Source: Bigelowiella natans CCMP2755
Taxonomy: Eukaryota > Protista > Cercozoa
Assembly: GCA_000320545.1 (NCBI GenBank)
Contig: ADNK01001824.1
Span: forward strand, 1 to 48,514
DNA length: 48,514 nucleotides
Direction: 5' to 3'
The notes beneath the pieces were generated by a model. That model did no database searches. It was not told the DNA's origin and saw only the letters and a list, made by a program, of their open reading frames with translations. Each line of letters opens with the position of its first letter. Within the stretch, counting starts at the first letter, position 1. The position numbers and the translations under genes were made by a program. Shown piece after piece: positions 14,004 through 27,300 of this stretch.

Positions 14004-15452
14004 CCACCACCACCACCATCGCTGATGATAAAGCGTTCTTTCCTACATTATTGCATGTTATTCGTACAATCGATCTCATGGGGTGAATATTTCAGCAAGC
14101 GTGTTCCTATCTTAGCTTCGAACAGCATCGTCTATATTTATATATGTATATCATGCTTGCCACTCTCTCCTCTCCCGTGCTCAGTGACGACCTCACGGTA
14201 AGCCGCGTCCAAGTAGCGGCGCTCGGAACGAATGACCTGGGCGGAGGCACAAATTCGGTGTTTATGATGGCTTGCATGCTCCATGCTGCAAAATGAGGGT
14301 GAAGCAAGAGGAGATCAACCAGTAACCTTAAGGGCGATGTTGCGGTTGTATTTGGTATCGATCGTGTCCAAAACCGTTCCGAACGTACCTAAAATATATA
14401 GAGATTGGGACAGGCGCACGTGCTTCCAAACTATCTTTTTCATTCGCTCTATATATTGTTGTCGGTGTCGGTGTGGCTTTTCCCTAGCTTCCAGAGGAGC
14501 GCCTGGGGGCTGCTGCTGCTGCTGCTACTCGAAATCTATAATACTGCATGAGGATTGCCCCGACATGGTTCTTCAGCCATGACAAAACCAACCTTGGCCT
14601 TTCACTCCAAGAACACGGTATCTACCGCACAGGAGCTCACCTTTGGATCCAAACAACGAACAAGTGCGAATAGTTAAAACGTGCTGCTTTTGCCGTTATT
14701 GCTGGCCTGTGTGTTACTGCTGCTGTTTGCGATGATTGTGGCATTACTACCAGGGGCGACGGAAATATAGCTTTCTGCCGAACTCTCTACCTTGTCCTGT
14801 GAAAGAACGAACGTGCAACAACAACAACAGCATCACATACTCAGAGACCGAGAGTACACAATCTGATTTAACTGCGTTGAGGGAGCAGACCTTCTTTCGT
14901 GGTGGTTGTTTGATAGGCGCCTGGATTGCAGCGCGGTATGGCCTCTTTTCTGCCCCCCCCCCTGGGGCTGCTGTGACGTAGTGATGGACACGTTGCGATG
15001 CAGCATGGTTTGTAGTCGATGCTATGGGGCGAAGAGGACGATGGGGAGGATTTAGCTGCTGCTGCTGCTGCTGTCTAGGCTTCGGATAATAGGGGGCGGA
15101 GTTCGCCGTTTGCACACCAGATGTGTGGGTATTCCGAGAGCCTTGATGGTGGTTGTATTTTGAACACAAAGGAGGTCAATTCGCGTGTCTAGGAACACAT
15201 GTATGACATGCACGATTGATGATGAGAATGACAACCTGGATGTCCATTCGCTGTACGTGCTGCCTCCTCGCGGTTCCAGCAACCAGCGCGAAGGCGGTAA
15301 ACACGTGCGCGGTCCCGCGAAGTAGAGTTCGCGTTCAGGCTTCGAAGTATTGCGCAAGGGAGCCGCATGCCTAGTGTGAGCGTTCAAACCAAATGACGAT
15401 ATGTATATATACCAGGAGGACATTTGACGACCAACGTCTCTCTCCCTATCAT
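10071..15452 (-). CDS. CLK/LAMMER-family dual-specificity CMGC protein kinase, ~19 exons, long low-complexity C-terminal tail
   Basis: Spliced in frame across GT-AG introns: [11 protein letters not shown]|TFGTV, IALK|[13 protein letters not shown]|[17 protein letters not shown]|[12 protein letters not shown]|[20 protein letters not shown]|[12 protein letters not shown] (a variant of the EHLAMMERILG signature), [24 protein letters not shown] 15452 is inferred from phase-compatible upstream exons. Confidence 0.92.
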
Positions 15453-15864
15453 GAAGTGGATCTATGATCCCCCCCCCCTACGGGTGTATCATAGTAGCTG
15501 GAGATTACCTGTTGAAGGAGCACCGCGATATTCGCCACATCGGACACCGCGTACCTCCCCGCTAAATTTGATTTGAGCTGTTGGGGCTCTATGACCAATT
15601 TCCCCTTGAGCGTATCCCTCTTTTAGTGAAGATACGACGCATAGAACCCAGGCAGTAAACAGGCCTGTGGCCAGCCCCATTCTAATTTGGAGTGGATGGT
15701 CCTCATACATCCAAACTGCTGCGACCCTCCCACCTTGCCACAGTCTATCACAGGGTGCACAACCACTATAAAACAGTCTTCGAACGTTCACGGGGTCCGA
15801 CAAGGGAATCCTCGTGGCATCTCCTCCTGGGGGAGGGAGCTTGGGTTGCTGCTTTGGAATGAAT

Positions 15865-15993
15865 TTTCGCGCGTTTCTGTTGCGACAACGGCGGTTTGGC
15901 GATCACATGTCGTAACGCTGTGTGTTTATTATATGCGACAACAATATGACTCGTCGCACTGGTAAAACTTGTATTTGGCAAAGGCTTTCGCGC
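15865..15993 (+). promoter_or_regulatory. two E2F-consensus sites (TTTCGCGC at 15865-15872 and 15986-15993) upstream of the CCDC15-like gene
   Basis: Exact matches to TTTSSCGC in the head-to-head CLK/CCDC15-like region. Function is inferred only. Confidence 0.35.
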
Positions 15994-16279
15994 AAAAATC
16001 CCTCCTTCTCTCGGCCCCCCCCTCCCTTTGTGGCGACACTCCCTCCTCCTTTCGAAGTGATATTTTTGTACGAGTTCATAGTGACTATCCATTCTGGTGT
16101 ATATGAGCTAGCTTTGCTGTATTTGCCACACCCTGCTCTGCTGAGATCTTATCCGCTCTTCGGAATTGAAAAGGAACGTTAATTTTTACCAAGCGGCGGA
16201 GAATAAGCTAGAATCATTGTCATCATCATGATCCAATCTTCTGTTCCCCGTGATTGACTAACGTTCACTAAATAAGGTG

Positions 16280-18075
16280 ATGAGATCACGTACAGGCCTC
16301 AGGCCCCACGACAGCAAATGCAAGGAAGAACTCGCCTACCTGAAATTTGGAGAGGTTTCTTCATATCCCTCCTATGCATTTCATCTATTGACAAGCTGTT
16401 TTTCCAAAGGCCAACTTGTTGCGACCACCTCTCTCGCTTCTAAACGGGGCCAGACATGTTCCTCAAGAACCAGAGTAAGTCTTAATATGATGTTGTAGGA
16501 AATTCGATATGATGGGCCTAACGCACGATTCATGTCTTATGCAGCGATTGCATTCCAATTTCCGATTCCGTTCGAAAAATCAATGGCTTCGTAAATGTGT
16601 CCGTAGGATCGGTACGTGTAATTGATGACATACATGCACTAATGGCAACTCAACAACGTAGTGATGTTCATTTAAAGTTACCGAAAATTATTGTACTTAG
16701 ATTCAGCATAGCGTCATACCTGAGGGTTTCCTCGATACGTCCGAACCCCGTGACAATCCCAAACTAGCAATCCAGGTATCCTTCACGGATGTTGTCTCTG
16801 GCGTAGCCCACCAGTCATGTAAATTCGCAATGTTTTCACCAATGCTTGCAGGAACATGCTTATTCAATGCAAGAAATGAATAAGAAGTTAAAAAGCATAA
16901 AAGAATACAAGCTGAGATTGTTTCAAGACAGAACGCAGAGTCGCGTGAAGAGCTTAGTGACTCGCAAGGTCGACAACAAAAGTCATGCCATCTTCGAGGG
17001 AGTAGCAGAGAAACTATTTGAAGCTGGATATAGCCACAATGCTAAAACTTTTACAACGTTGTTGTTGTAATTCTGACTAATTAAAAAGGAGGAGGCTGAG
17101 CAAAGGAAGCTTAAGGAGCTAAAGAGCAAGATAGGGCGAGTGCTTGGATCGTGCAAACTCTACTCGAATGTGACGGCTAACTGCAACTTGATCCAAAGAA
17201 AGACCTGTCAATGTGCACATATATTCATGTTTTTGGTCTGCTACTACTACTACTACTACTACTACTACTGTGATAACAGCACAAAACTGCTTCCCGAGCG
17301 TCACCATTGATGCTAAGGGCGCAACAAGTAAGCATCGTAACTGTGTGTTGGAAAACGCTATATCCTGTACCGAGGTGATCTTGAGATGACGCCTTTAAAA
17401 AAAAAACAAAAAAGGTGCGAGCGGGCCTGGAGAAAGCCTATTCCAAGTTAGGGGTAAGAACCTCCTTCCTTCAACGGGGACTTTGTTTGAGTTGCTTCCA
17501 TTAATTAGGTGCTTAGCACTGACAAAGTAGCCGCAGGAGCGGTTGCTAAGAGCAAGAAACTTATCGTATCTACGCGACTGACCGAGAAAAAGGTCTCTCT
17601 CCGGGGAAAGTTGGACGAGAATCTCCAGTGAGCAGACCTGTTTGCCCTCACAAATGGCTCGTAAGTTAAGCCGCCTTTCTGTATCATCTGTGCATAGGTA
17701 CACGCCTCCATTGCCGTTTTGGGATCGAGGAATCTCTTCAACCAGCAGATTAACGAGGGACGAGGTTTGGGAATCCGAATTCTTGAACACCTCAGCATCC
17801 TAATGGCAGCTGCCTGTGCGACCAATACTCAGGAGGCGGAGTTGCTCTTTGAGATGCGCCGCATTAAAATGGAAGACGAGCGCAAGGCAGTGCACGAAAA
17901 AAGGTGTGGATGGTATAGGAGCTTGGTTTGGAACAGCCATGGTTGACCGTGCGTGCTCTGCTTTATGATCACAGAGGCGGTCCCAACGATTTCGTCAAGT
18001 CTCTCCAGAGCAAGGCAGCAGTGTTTGACAAATCGTGAACAACATATCCTCAAAATAATAATAATACCTCGGGAT

Positions 18076-18110
<35 letters not shown>

Positions 18111-18111
18111 A

Positions 18112-18160
<49 letters not shown>

Positions 18161-18985
18161 GACGTCCTTAGGCCAAGAAGCACCAGGATGCTACAGAAAT
18201 GCTCGTTATGAGACCGGACGACGAGGACATGATGGTATTAATATTTGACTACTGAGTAAACCGAGAACAGACCCTCCATTGAAAGCATCATTATTTTTGC
18301 ATCATCATCGTCAAGCAGCTTCCGCCATCCCGTGAATACGAGATGAACTCTCCAACAAATCCGCTACCGTCGAAGGAGAAGAAGAAGGTGAGGAGAATCT
18401 AGTGGACCTGATGGCCAAGCTTCCTTGCTATTATTCATTATGACCCTTCTTTTCAACAAAGGAGAAAAAACGAAGACAGCGCAAAGAAGCCTCGAAACGG
18501 TGGGGAAAACGGCAGCAGCACCCAGAGCTCCACTAGCACTTTTCAATTCAGACGTCATTTTTTTGCTAAGGTTCAATAAGGCAATGAAGAGAGAATTGAA
18601 AGAAGAGCTCAAGCGAAAGGGCATCGCTATACCTGCCCCGTGCAGCTGCAAAGGCGTCTCCTTCTTCGTAAGAGATTTCTCGACAGATTGTTTAAAAAAA
18701 AGATCCGTATTATATCCTCAAATGGATCTCACGATAGTTCTTCGCTTACGCCATTGCCTTTGTTTCCTCTCAGGACCCAGTAACCCAGAAGCTGCACAAA
18801 AACAACTGCCCTTTCTATAACAACCCCAAGGGGTATGTTGGCTTTGTTAACCAATAAGAACGTACACAGTAATCATGCATAGGATGACCATCGCCCAATT
18901 TACACACAATAGGTACAATGTAGCGTTCATTCAGTTGGTCAAGGGGTTGAATGTAAGTGCAGCAATAGTGAAATCCCTTGAGTAG
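16280..18985 (+). CDS. CCDC15-like coiled-coil centriolar protein (multi-exon; 5' end may extend to ~15946)
   Basis: The spliced C-terminus RFNKAMKRELKEELKRKGIAIPAPCSCKGVSFF|DPVTQKLHKNNCPFYNNPKG|YNVAFIQLV resembles the CCDC15 C-terminal Cys motif (P.LC.CG..FWD....C.NNC.FY.N...Y) as I recall it. An N-terminal coiled segment reads LRLFQDRTQSRV. Stop TAG at 18983-18985. The assignment is from memory, not a search. Confidence 0.65.
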
Positions 18986-19334
18986 CATCCGTAAGAAGAG
19001 CTAACAAGGTTGACGAAGACCTCCAGTTCTACACAGTAATGCTGCGAAGTATTCTATTTACGACTATTGCGCAGAGCAATTCGTGTTTTAGTGCATTCAA
19101 TGTGTAGAATGATGGTTCGGAGATTCAGTGTATGCTTTTTGCTGATACGGCTTCCATGAAAAGGAAGCTGCACCATACCTTGGGTTTAGGAAAAGCAGAA
19201 AGGCGCATACATTTTCCCCAAAATTCCTCGTAGCATGTATTGCTTAGTGTATTCTAGGTGTTGTCTCGTGTACTCCAATTTGCATGCTGCACACTGGCAA
19301 GCAAAGAATAGCAGGCATCGAGTCCAGTGCGATC

Positions 19335-19414
19335 ATGAGACGGATGTAATGAATTGATTAAATCTTTTCAATGGTCATCCTAATGTAGCTGTGCAATGCA
19401 GCGGCTACAGCGCT
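19335..19414. repeat. fold-back repeat module 1, copy in the CCDC15-like/BTB convergent spacer
   Basis: Same alignments to 9517-9630 as above. The reverse complement of 19335-19352 matches 28443-28460 at 17/18. Confidence 0.85.
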
Positions 19415-20192
19415 AATGTTGTGTCTATTTGTCTCCATTGTCGTCACATGTTTCATGCATGTAGAAGCATGTTCTCTAGTTCCCGAATGCTAGCATGGCA
19501 AAGTGATCCATGTCCTTCAATTTGCCACATGTGTTGCATGTATGTAGCGTCTTTTTCTTCGCACTATCCGCGAGACAACATGAAAGAGCAAAGGTTGCCA
19601 GCGCCGCAAATGGCTCTCATCCAGGTGATGGCGATTGTTTAGTAATTTGCTCACATTGATGCCCCATGTGGGAGACATGTAGCATGCTGCATGGGGAGAA
19701 AGCCAAGCTGTCTAGCTGTGCGATCATGTCTCGCGATGTGCTGTTTAATCGCAAAACATAGCAGATAGCAGCAAAAGCGTTGCACTCATGTTCAACGCTA
19801 TCGCTTTCACACGCGAGCGCAGTCCTCTATACCTCCGCGTGCATTATCTAGCTTCTATAATTGTTACAATACTAGAATAAATGATATGTTTCCTTGAGCT
19901 TACATTATACATGCGTGATGTGCGATTATGCAGCTGCGAGCTCTAGGCCGTTCTTATTAAATGTTTCATAGTTTTAAATTGTGACTGTCGTATATATTAT
20001 TCAAATCTGAGCTAATCATCCACCCAAAGCATGTCATCGCTTCTCAGATGGTGCATGTAACAAGAACTGCACATTCTGAATATTACTGAGCAATTCTAAC
20101 CAGCAGAGCGAATTTTTGTCCCAGTCGTAACTCGCCGTCCGTACAATTATCACAGAGTCTTTATTTATATAGTCTATCGTTTCCATTTCTTT

Positions 20193-21574
20193 TCATTCGG
20201 AGCCATATTGTGTATCAATTTCATTGTATCGTCTTTTTAAATTTGATCGTCTTTTTGTCGAAGACGAGCTCGAGGCAGTCGCGCAGTCGGTTTTCTCCTC
20301 ACTGGTACCTCCTGCATTCGATGGTGAATCCCTGACGAATTAGCGACTTTAGTGGTGCGACATGTACTTCGTGTGTCACCGGATCTTGTTTGAATATCTT
20401 ACATGGCAGGTACACTGTTGTGTGAGTAACCTTGGCGGGGCCATGTAGAGGAGTAACTCCTTCGTGAGAGATACGTTACTACCAGCGAACCGTTCAAATG
20501 ATTTTTGCGACGTGATCTCCTCAGCTTCCTGTGTACAACAATTTCGATAATAATAATAAGAAGAAGAATGATAAAACGTCTTAATCTTTCTGATGGTCTA
20601 AATGTGGGTAACAGGTAACACGCTCTTACTACGACTACTGCTGCTGCTGCTGCTGCTCACATTCGCGAAGAGCTTCATGCACATTTTCTTCAAAGACACA
20701 GCTTCCGGTATGTGCGAGAGCCTAGTTTGAGACACACAACAACGCATGCCAGTTGTCGCTCATCTTCCCCAACTCATCAAAGGGTGGTGAAATGTATCTG
20801 TTTGCGGGTGTAAACGAAGAGCTTTGTTTTCACAACAGGAGCAGGATTATCATTGGGTTTCGGGTGTTGGTTGAACGAGTACTTGTGCGCAGTTTGCATG
20901 ATATCCAGGACGTTCTCTGCGTTCAGTTTTCTCCCCAAAGTCTGAGGACAGAAGAACATCCAGTCGATCATCGTTCAGAGCATTTTCGGTTAATGAAGCG
21001 TATTTTTTTCCCCTCGGCAATGCCATGTACTACCGTCCTTTCCTCCCTCCCCCACGTCGCAGAATACAATACTGCGAAGATTACTACCTGCATGCATAGG
21101 ATGGAAAGTCTCTTGATCTGGTACTCGTCCTAATCATTAGAAGAGACGAGAGAGCTTTGAAAAAAGAAGAAAAAAAACTCACGACGCTGCTGCTTCGACT
21201 AACAATGCGCTATTACCGCGGCCAGCAAGAGTTTTATCTCATCGTACTCTTCAGGGAGCTCTTCCGTGTAGATGTACTTTATTAACAGTGTGAGAACCTA
21301 GCAGAGAGACGTGAGTGAGTCATGGGAGAAAGAGCCGTCGTCGTCGCAGAAGGAACATCATGCTGTAAACGGGGGAGAGGAATAGAGCACGTGGTACCTC
21401 CGGCTCGAGCCCTCCAATCTCAACTGCGTTGTCCAAGCTCTCGCGCATCTTATGCTGATTGGTGTTCATTGAGAAAGATATGGGAAAACAACACGAATAA
21501 ACTCACACGGCAGTTCTCATATATACCGCGATTAAGTATCATTTCATCATTACTGCCATCATCATCACCATCAC

Positions 21575-21607
<33 letters not shown>

Positions 21608-21887
21608 TATCACAAACTCGGTTGCTATCTTTATCAGATGGCACACTAAGATATCGTCGTTATATTCCTTCTTCTCGTACATTGAACATCGCCGCAAAGA
21701 CTTCCGATGAGCTAGCGAGGATTGCCTTATGAGCTTCTATTTCGACATCCTGGATGTGATGCCAATTAACCAATTTGACCTCAATCAACCAGGTAAGGAA
21801 GTTGGAAGGGGGAGGGGGGGAGATAAAATGCCCACCTCTCTTTCTCTTTTCCCTCTCCCCCTCCCCCCCCCTGGATCCCCCGCCACG

Positions 21888-21943
<56 letters not shown>

Positions 21944-22116
21944 TCTCCTCATCGGAATAAATGACCACCTACCTGGCATTTCAGTGTGACATCGGTGTGT
22001 ATCTTCTCGTTCAGCATCCTCTCGTTTCGTGACTGTTGGCATGATAGCGATGATGAGAATCAATGGATGTTAATATACGCACAACATTTTCTTCTTCCCC
22101 TACCCCTCTCTCTTCT

Positions 22117-22169
<53 letters not shown>

Positions 22170-23611
22170 TATTCTGCTTTCCCTCTAACCCCCTCCCGAC
22201 CAAGGAGTGAATACGAGTGACTACACTACCTTCAATTCTGGCTTGGGGGCGGTGGGAATGGCCGCTAGCACTTTCGAACATGTATGCTTGATGTCGTTAT
22301 ATATGTGAAGCTTCACCTTTGATTGACAATAAAGAAACAATAAATCGTTGCGCAAACGTTGCATGAAAGCAAAGATGAATCGAGTTTGTTAACTGTTATT
22401 TTGTCATCATTTGGGACTCAAGCCACCATAAAATACCTTAATTTCAATCTTTCCATTGATCACATGGTTTTGCTTGAGCTGAGAAGCAATATAATCACGC
22501 ATCTCCGTGTCACAATGACAACACGCAAAAGAAATGTTTCCCAGGCTCATCGTAATATAATATCATAAATATGAGTTCGCTCTGTGACAAGAATAACCGC
22601 TTTAGGATGAGAATCATCGAATGGCTACATTCACCAGATAGTAGCTTGAAATGATACATGATCATATTACTACTTTGGATATGATTGGACAACCTGTGAA
22701 ACCTTCTTCCAGCAACGCCAGCCCCACCCGCGGCTCCAACCACCGTCGTAATAGCTGAGGAATCACATCCAGATGCGACCGTGCAAAGGTCAGAAATGCT
22801 GGCCTGCTATTTTCTAGTATTCATGCCGCCAATTATTGAAGTGACAATTAACTATATTCTCTCCTACCCTGCATCTTGGTCAAGCTTCCACTCCAGTGTT
22901 TTGCTCGACTGTGACAATAATGAAAATAAAACAAGAGTAAAGAAGAAGATCATATTCATTCCAACCAACGAAATGAAAACAACAGAGGAAAGCGCCGACT
23001 GCAAATTCAGATACTTTCATATACAGGCTGTAGCTTGCTTTCGCAGAATCGTGGCCATAGACGTAAAAGGAGAGGAATTTGTCTTCCTGCAAGTATCAAG
23101 AAACAGCATTAGATGAAGGCAGAAAGGCCCAGGGGGGGATACTCCACAACCTTAAATTTCTCCACATAGCAACCCCAATCATGAGACATTATCTTGCATG
23201 GCGCTGACTCCAGCATCTCGCCATTATCCTGGAAAAAAACATTCAACTTTCCTCACTCCAAGAGAGACAGAAATAAGCGACAGCGGGGCAGAAAGATGTG
23301 TGAAGTTGAGGCATCGCGTTCGTGCAAACTCAATTAGTGAATTTGAAACTATGTGGCTTGACTAGGACCTCTCCATCCTGTGACTGTTTAATCTGCTCGA
23401 GAACATGCCAATCAATCTCCCATCGTATCTCATGTAAGGTGCTCGTGCGCGTGGTGGTCAATTCGAAGGTTTCGTTGCTTGTGTTTATTCGATCCTTCTG
23501 CCGCGCTTCATTGAGTCTTCTGAGAAGCTCTTCCTTTCTGCCCTTCGTATTTAAGCCTCTTTCACCGAGTTCTTTCCGCAAGTCGAGAACTGACATTGAG
23601 TCGATGTCCAT
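20193..23611 (-). CDS. SAP-MATH-BTB(-BACK) protein, SPOP/BPM-like CUL3 adaptor, ~16 exons
   Basis: SAP domain: MSVLDLRKELGERGLNTKGRKEELLRRL. MATH-like region: WEID...LESAPCKIMSHDWGCYV...FLSFYV...GWGWRCWKKVSQLKQNHVINGKIEIKVKLHI. BTB domain: HTDVTLKCQ|DVEIEAHKAILASSSEVFAAMFN|HKMRES...LIKYIYTEEL...LLLAA|DEYQIKRLSILC. These are followed by LNAENVLDIMQTAHK and a basic tail TKRRSNLKRR. Stop TGA at 20195-20193. Confidence 0.88.
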
Positions 23612-24365
23612 GTTGCTACAAGAAAAGGCAGCACAGACATCCGTACGAAACACGTACAACACACTCAAAGACGCACATATACGAAATATTCGGTCGGAAA
23701 AAGACACTGTGCAGATAAATACTTCGATGAATCCTGACGAAACGAATTATTTAGTCTTATGGTACCGTTTCCGAAACAAAATCTTGCAAATATCCTAGGA
23801 GGAATCGGGGGGGGGACGATGCAAAGGAACGATTTATTCTCAGCACAATTAAATGAGCATCTGATATTATTAGCCACGCTATTTTATACTAAATTACTTC
23901 GTAAAATATTGTCTCCATACATAAATAGTAATCTTTTAAGTATCTTTCGACCGAAACGAGCTCTGAAATAGTCGAGAAAAGGCTATATATTGATCGATGC
24001 AATTCATTTTCTCCAAGAGACACACCATATTCGTTGTCGTAGTCAATATTACCCAAAAATTAGTGAGCGCTCTTCGAATTTTGCCCTTCGGTGTTCCTCA
24101 AGAAGCCTTCGGCGTTATTATTAGTAGCAGAAAATCACCGATTTATTCTCAGAGGGGCACAATCACTGGCTTGCAGGAAAATTTGTTAATTTACCAGATT
24201 TTTAGGCAAATAATCGTTGTCGCAACGTTTTTTAGGAATACATTTCGATATTTCGATGATTCGCTCAGAGATGCATAATCTGAAGAACTCCGTCTGTCTC
24301 TTCCTTGTTCGTTGGCCCACCCCTCTTCCGATTGCAAGCGCGGCGTTGAGGACGACTAGAGCACA

Positions 24366-27300
24366 ATGTCGAGTGCAGGAAAACCCTACAAAGGGAGACA
24401 GGGTATTAGCACCCGTGATAAAATCAGTAACCGGTACCGAGTTTCGAACAGCAAGGACACCAACCGACGTACAAATGCTACGATCAAGCGATTGCACATG
24501 TATAAGTCCAAGGTAATCAGCATGAGGACTAAATCGATTGCGCATATTCATAACCCGGTTCTAAATTTTGAAGGCGATTCGAAATCGTGACGGTAAAGTA
24601 ATCGGGGGCGACTTCATATCGACGACTCCGGATGCAGGAATGAAACGCATCGCTCCAGATCGTCGATGGTTCGGGAACACCCGCGTCATCGGAGCCAAGT
24701 ACGTCAAACACACAACAGCAGACATTTTCGCCAACGTTTAATCACAACGACCATGATGTTCCAGGGCATTGGAAGATTTCCGTGAGGAAATGAAGGAGCG
24801 CGTGCATGACCCTTACACAGTGTTGATGAAGGCAAAGAAGCTTCCGATGGGATTGCTATCCGACCCCCACAAACGCGGATCCGCCAACCTTCTCACTACT
24901 CAGGTATAGAACAACAAACACAACGCAAGAAAATAATCCATAATTCAACCTGAGCTTATTGGCTTCACGCCTCCCTTCATCGTTAGAGCTTTTCGGATGC
25001 CTTCGGGAAGAAATCCAATCGAAAGCGCCCAAGACTTGGAGCTGCATTCGAGGATATCCAGAGCCTTTCACAGTACACCCAGCAGAAACACGATGAATAT
25101 CAGGAACGCAACAAAATAGATTTCGTGTCAAGGTAACTCTTTGTGCTGATGTGCTGCTGCTCTGTGCGACTTACGTGGAGATTCTTCGTGAAAAATAACA
25201 ATCAGCAACCCAGACGAGTCACAGAGCACCAGTAGCGGCGGTACTGAGAACACACATTCGCACGGATTTGTAGAAAAGATTTTCGAGAAGGGTACCTCCA
25301 AGCGACTTTGGAGAGAGCTTTACAAGGTTCTCGACGCAAGTGACGTCGTCGTGCAGGTCTGAAACTCTGCATACGAACAAATGTGGCCAAACATTTCTCT
25401 AAAAGTCGATGATATTGATATCTGAGAAGCACTAATAACCACATTAAATTGTAGGTACTGGATGCTCGAGATCCTATGGGAACGCGTTCTAGGAAGCTAG
25501 AAAGGGAGCTCAAGACAAAGGAGAAACGCCATAAGCATCTCATATTTGTGCTGAATAAATGCGACCTCGTGCCGACATGGTTTGCTTTTTCTTCTAAAAC
25601 AAATTCCACCAAATCTCCCTTTATTTCTGTGAAATTGTCCATAAAAAATACCGCCAAAGACAATGGCTTTGTAGCAGTACTTACCCTATTTTTCTTAGGA
25701 GCACACGGCGTTGGGTTCGTCGTTTGTCCCGTGAATATCCCACGCTGGCCTTTCACGCATCAATCACAAATCCATTTGGCAAAGGTGCTTTAATCCAACT
25801 TCTGAGACAGGTAACATATATTCTTCATATCTGTCGGTGTTACTGTAGTAGCAGGGGGAGGAGGAGGAGTACAATTACACATTCCGATTGTGTAAGAGAT
25901 AGACACCGCGCTCATCGTCATCACCATCATCATCATCATCATCATCATCATCGTCATCATCATCACACCATCCCAATAACAGTTCGCCACGCTGCATCAA
26001 GACAAGCAGCAAATCTCCGTAGGGTTCATCGGCTACCCGAACGTCGGCAAGAGTTCCATCGTGAACACTCTCCGCAAAAAGAAGGTAGTGAGGAAACGGC
26101 GACCGACAACTAGCAATGTAGCCCACATCTCCCCGATGATTCAGCAACAACAACAACGACTACCACTACTACTACCACTACTACTCTCCCACCGTTGAAG
26201 ACCTGTTTGCTGCTGCTGCTGCTACTCTAGGTGTGCAACGTGGCTCCGATTCCAGGAGAAACGAAGGTGAGGATGGGGACGAGGGGGTATGGGCGTAGGG
26301 TCTCCCATGATATTCGAGAATATCACTCCAGAACGTCGATGCTTGCTGGAATAACGCCTAAAGCAGTCTTTGATGGCCGTTCTCTTCAACCCCCTCCCCC
26401 CTCCCCCCTCCCCCTAGGTTTGGCAGTACATCACGTTGTTCCGAAGGGTCTTCCTCATCGACTGTCCCGGAGTCGTACCCCCCTCCGGAGACACGCATCT
26501 TCAGAGCGTTCTCAAGGGAGTAGTCATGGTACGGAACTGTTATATTGATGATGTTGGGGAGGGGGGGAAGAGTTCCAAGTGAACAAATAATAGACGCCGT
26601 TTTACACGATGACGATTGAGGACTAAATAATGCAAAAGAGGGGGAGGGTGGAGTTGTTACACTTCTTCCTAGGGTTTGTTAAATGATTCTCAGTTCTTGG
26701 GAAGCCTTCTCGCCCCCCCCACCCCCACCTATTCTCTCTATCTCTTTCTCCCTTCCGTCTTCTCCTCACTCTGTCGTCATTATTCCTTCCCTGCCAACAC
26801 ATATGGGAGCGAGCAAATAGACACAGTATGCGCTACTAACTACTACTACTACTACTACTACTACTACCATCATCTCCTCCTCTGCTGCTGCTGCTTAGGT
26901 GGAGAAAATCGAGGACCCCTCACAATACGTGAGCGGTGTGTTGGACGCGGTGAAGCCCGAATATATTGAGCGGCACTATGGAGTCTCCGACTGGGACGAC
27001 TCCACCCACTTCCTCACGGTACTTTGGAATAACTAACACACACAAAATGCGTCTCACGGGTACGCACGCATGTGAGAGAAATTAGCACTTAAAATAGATC
27101 GTGCCCTGCAATCTCTTCTATGTCATCGGTGCGCGTAATGCGTTCCTATGTGCCTCTTGCCCCCGTTCTCACCCTTCCCTCGTTTCGCCGTGCTCTATAC
27201 CATCTTCACAGCTGCTGGCGCGAAAGACTGGCAAGCTACGCAAAGGGGGGGAACCCGATTTCAACAACATAGCGCGGAAGGTTCGTTTCTCTATGGCCCT

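Noticed and set aside
5950-15200. Apparent in-frame TGA codons (e.g. ~5962 and ~15177) suggesting recoding or a non-standard genetic code
   Set aside because: They fall in introns once phase-compatible splice sites are chosen, and TAA, TAG and TGA all terminate genes in this window.
18879-18891. ataggatgaccat in the last CCDC15-like intron, matching the module-1 core; also the 12-mer attgtgcacatt at 31987-31998
   Set aside because: Too short and without flanking similarity, so not counted as copies.
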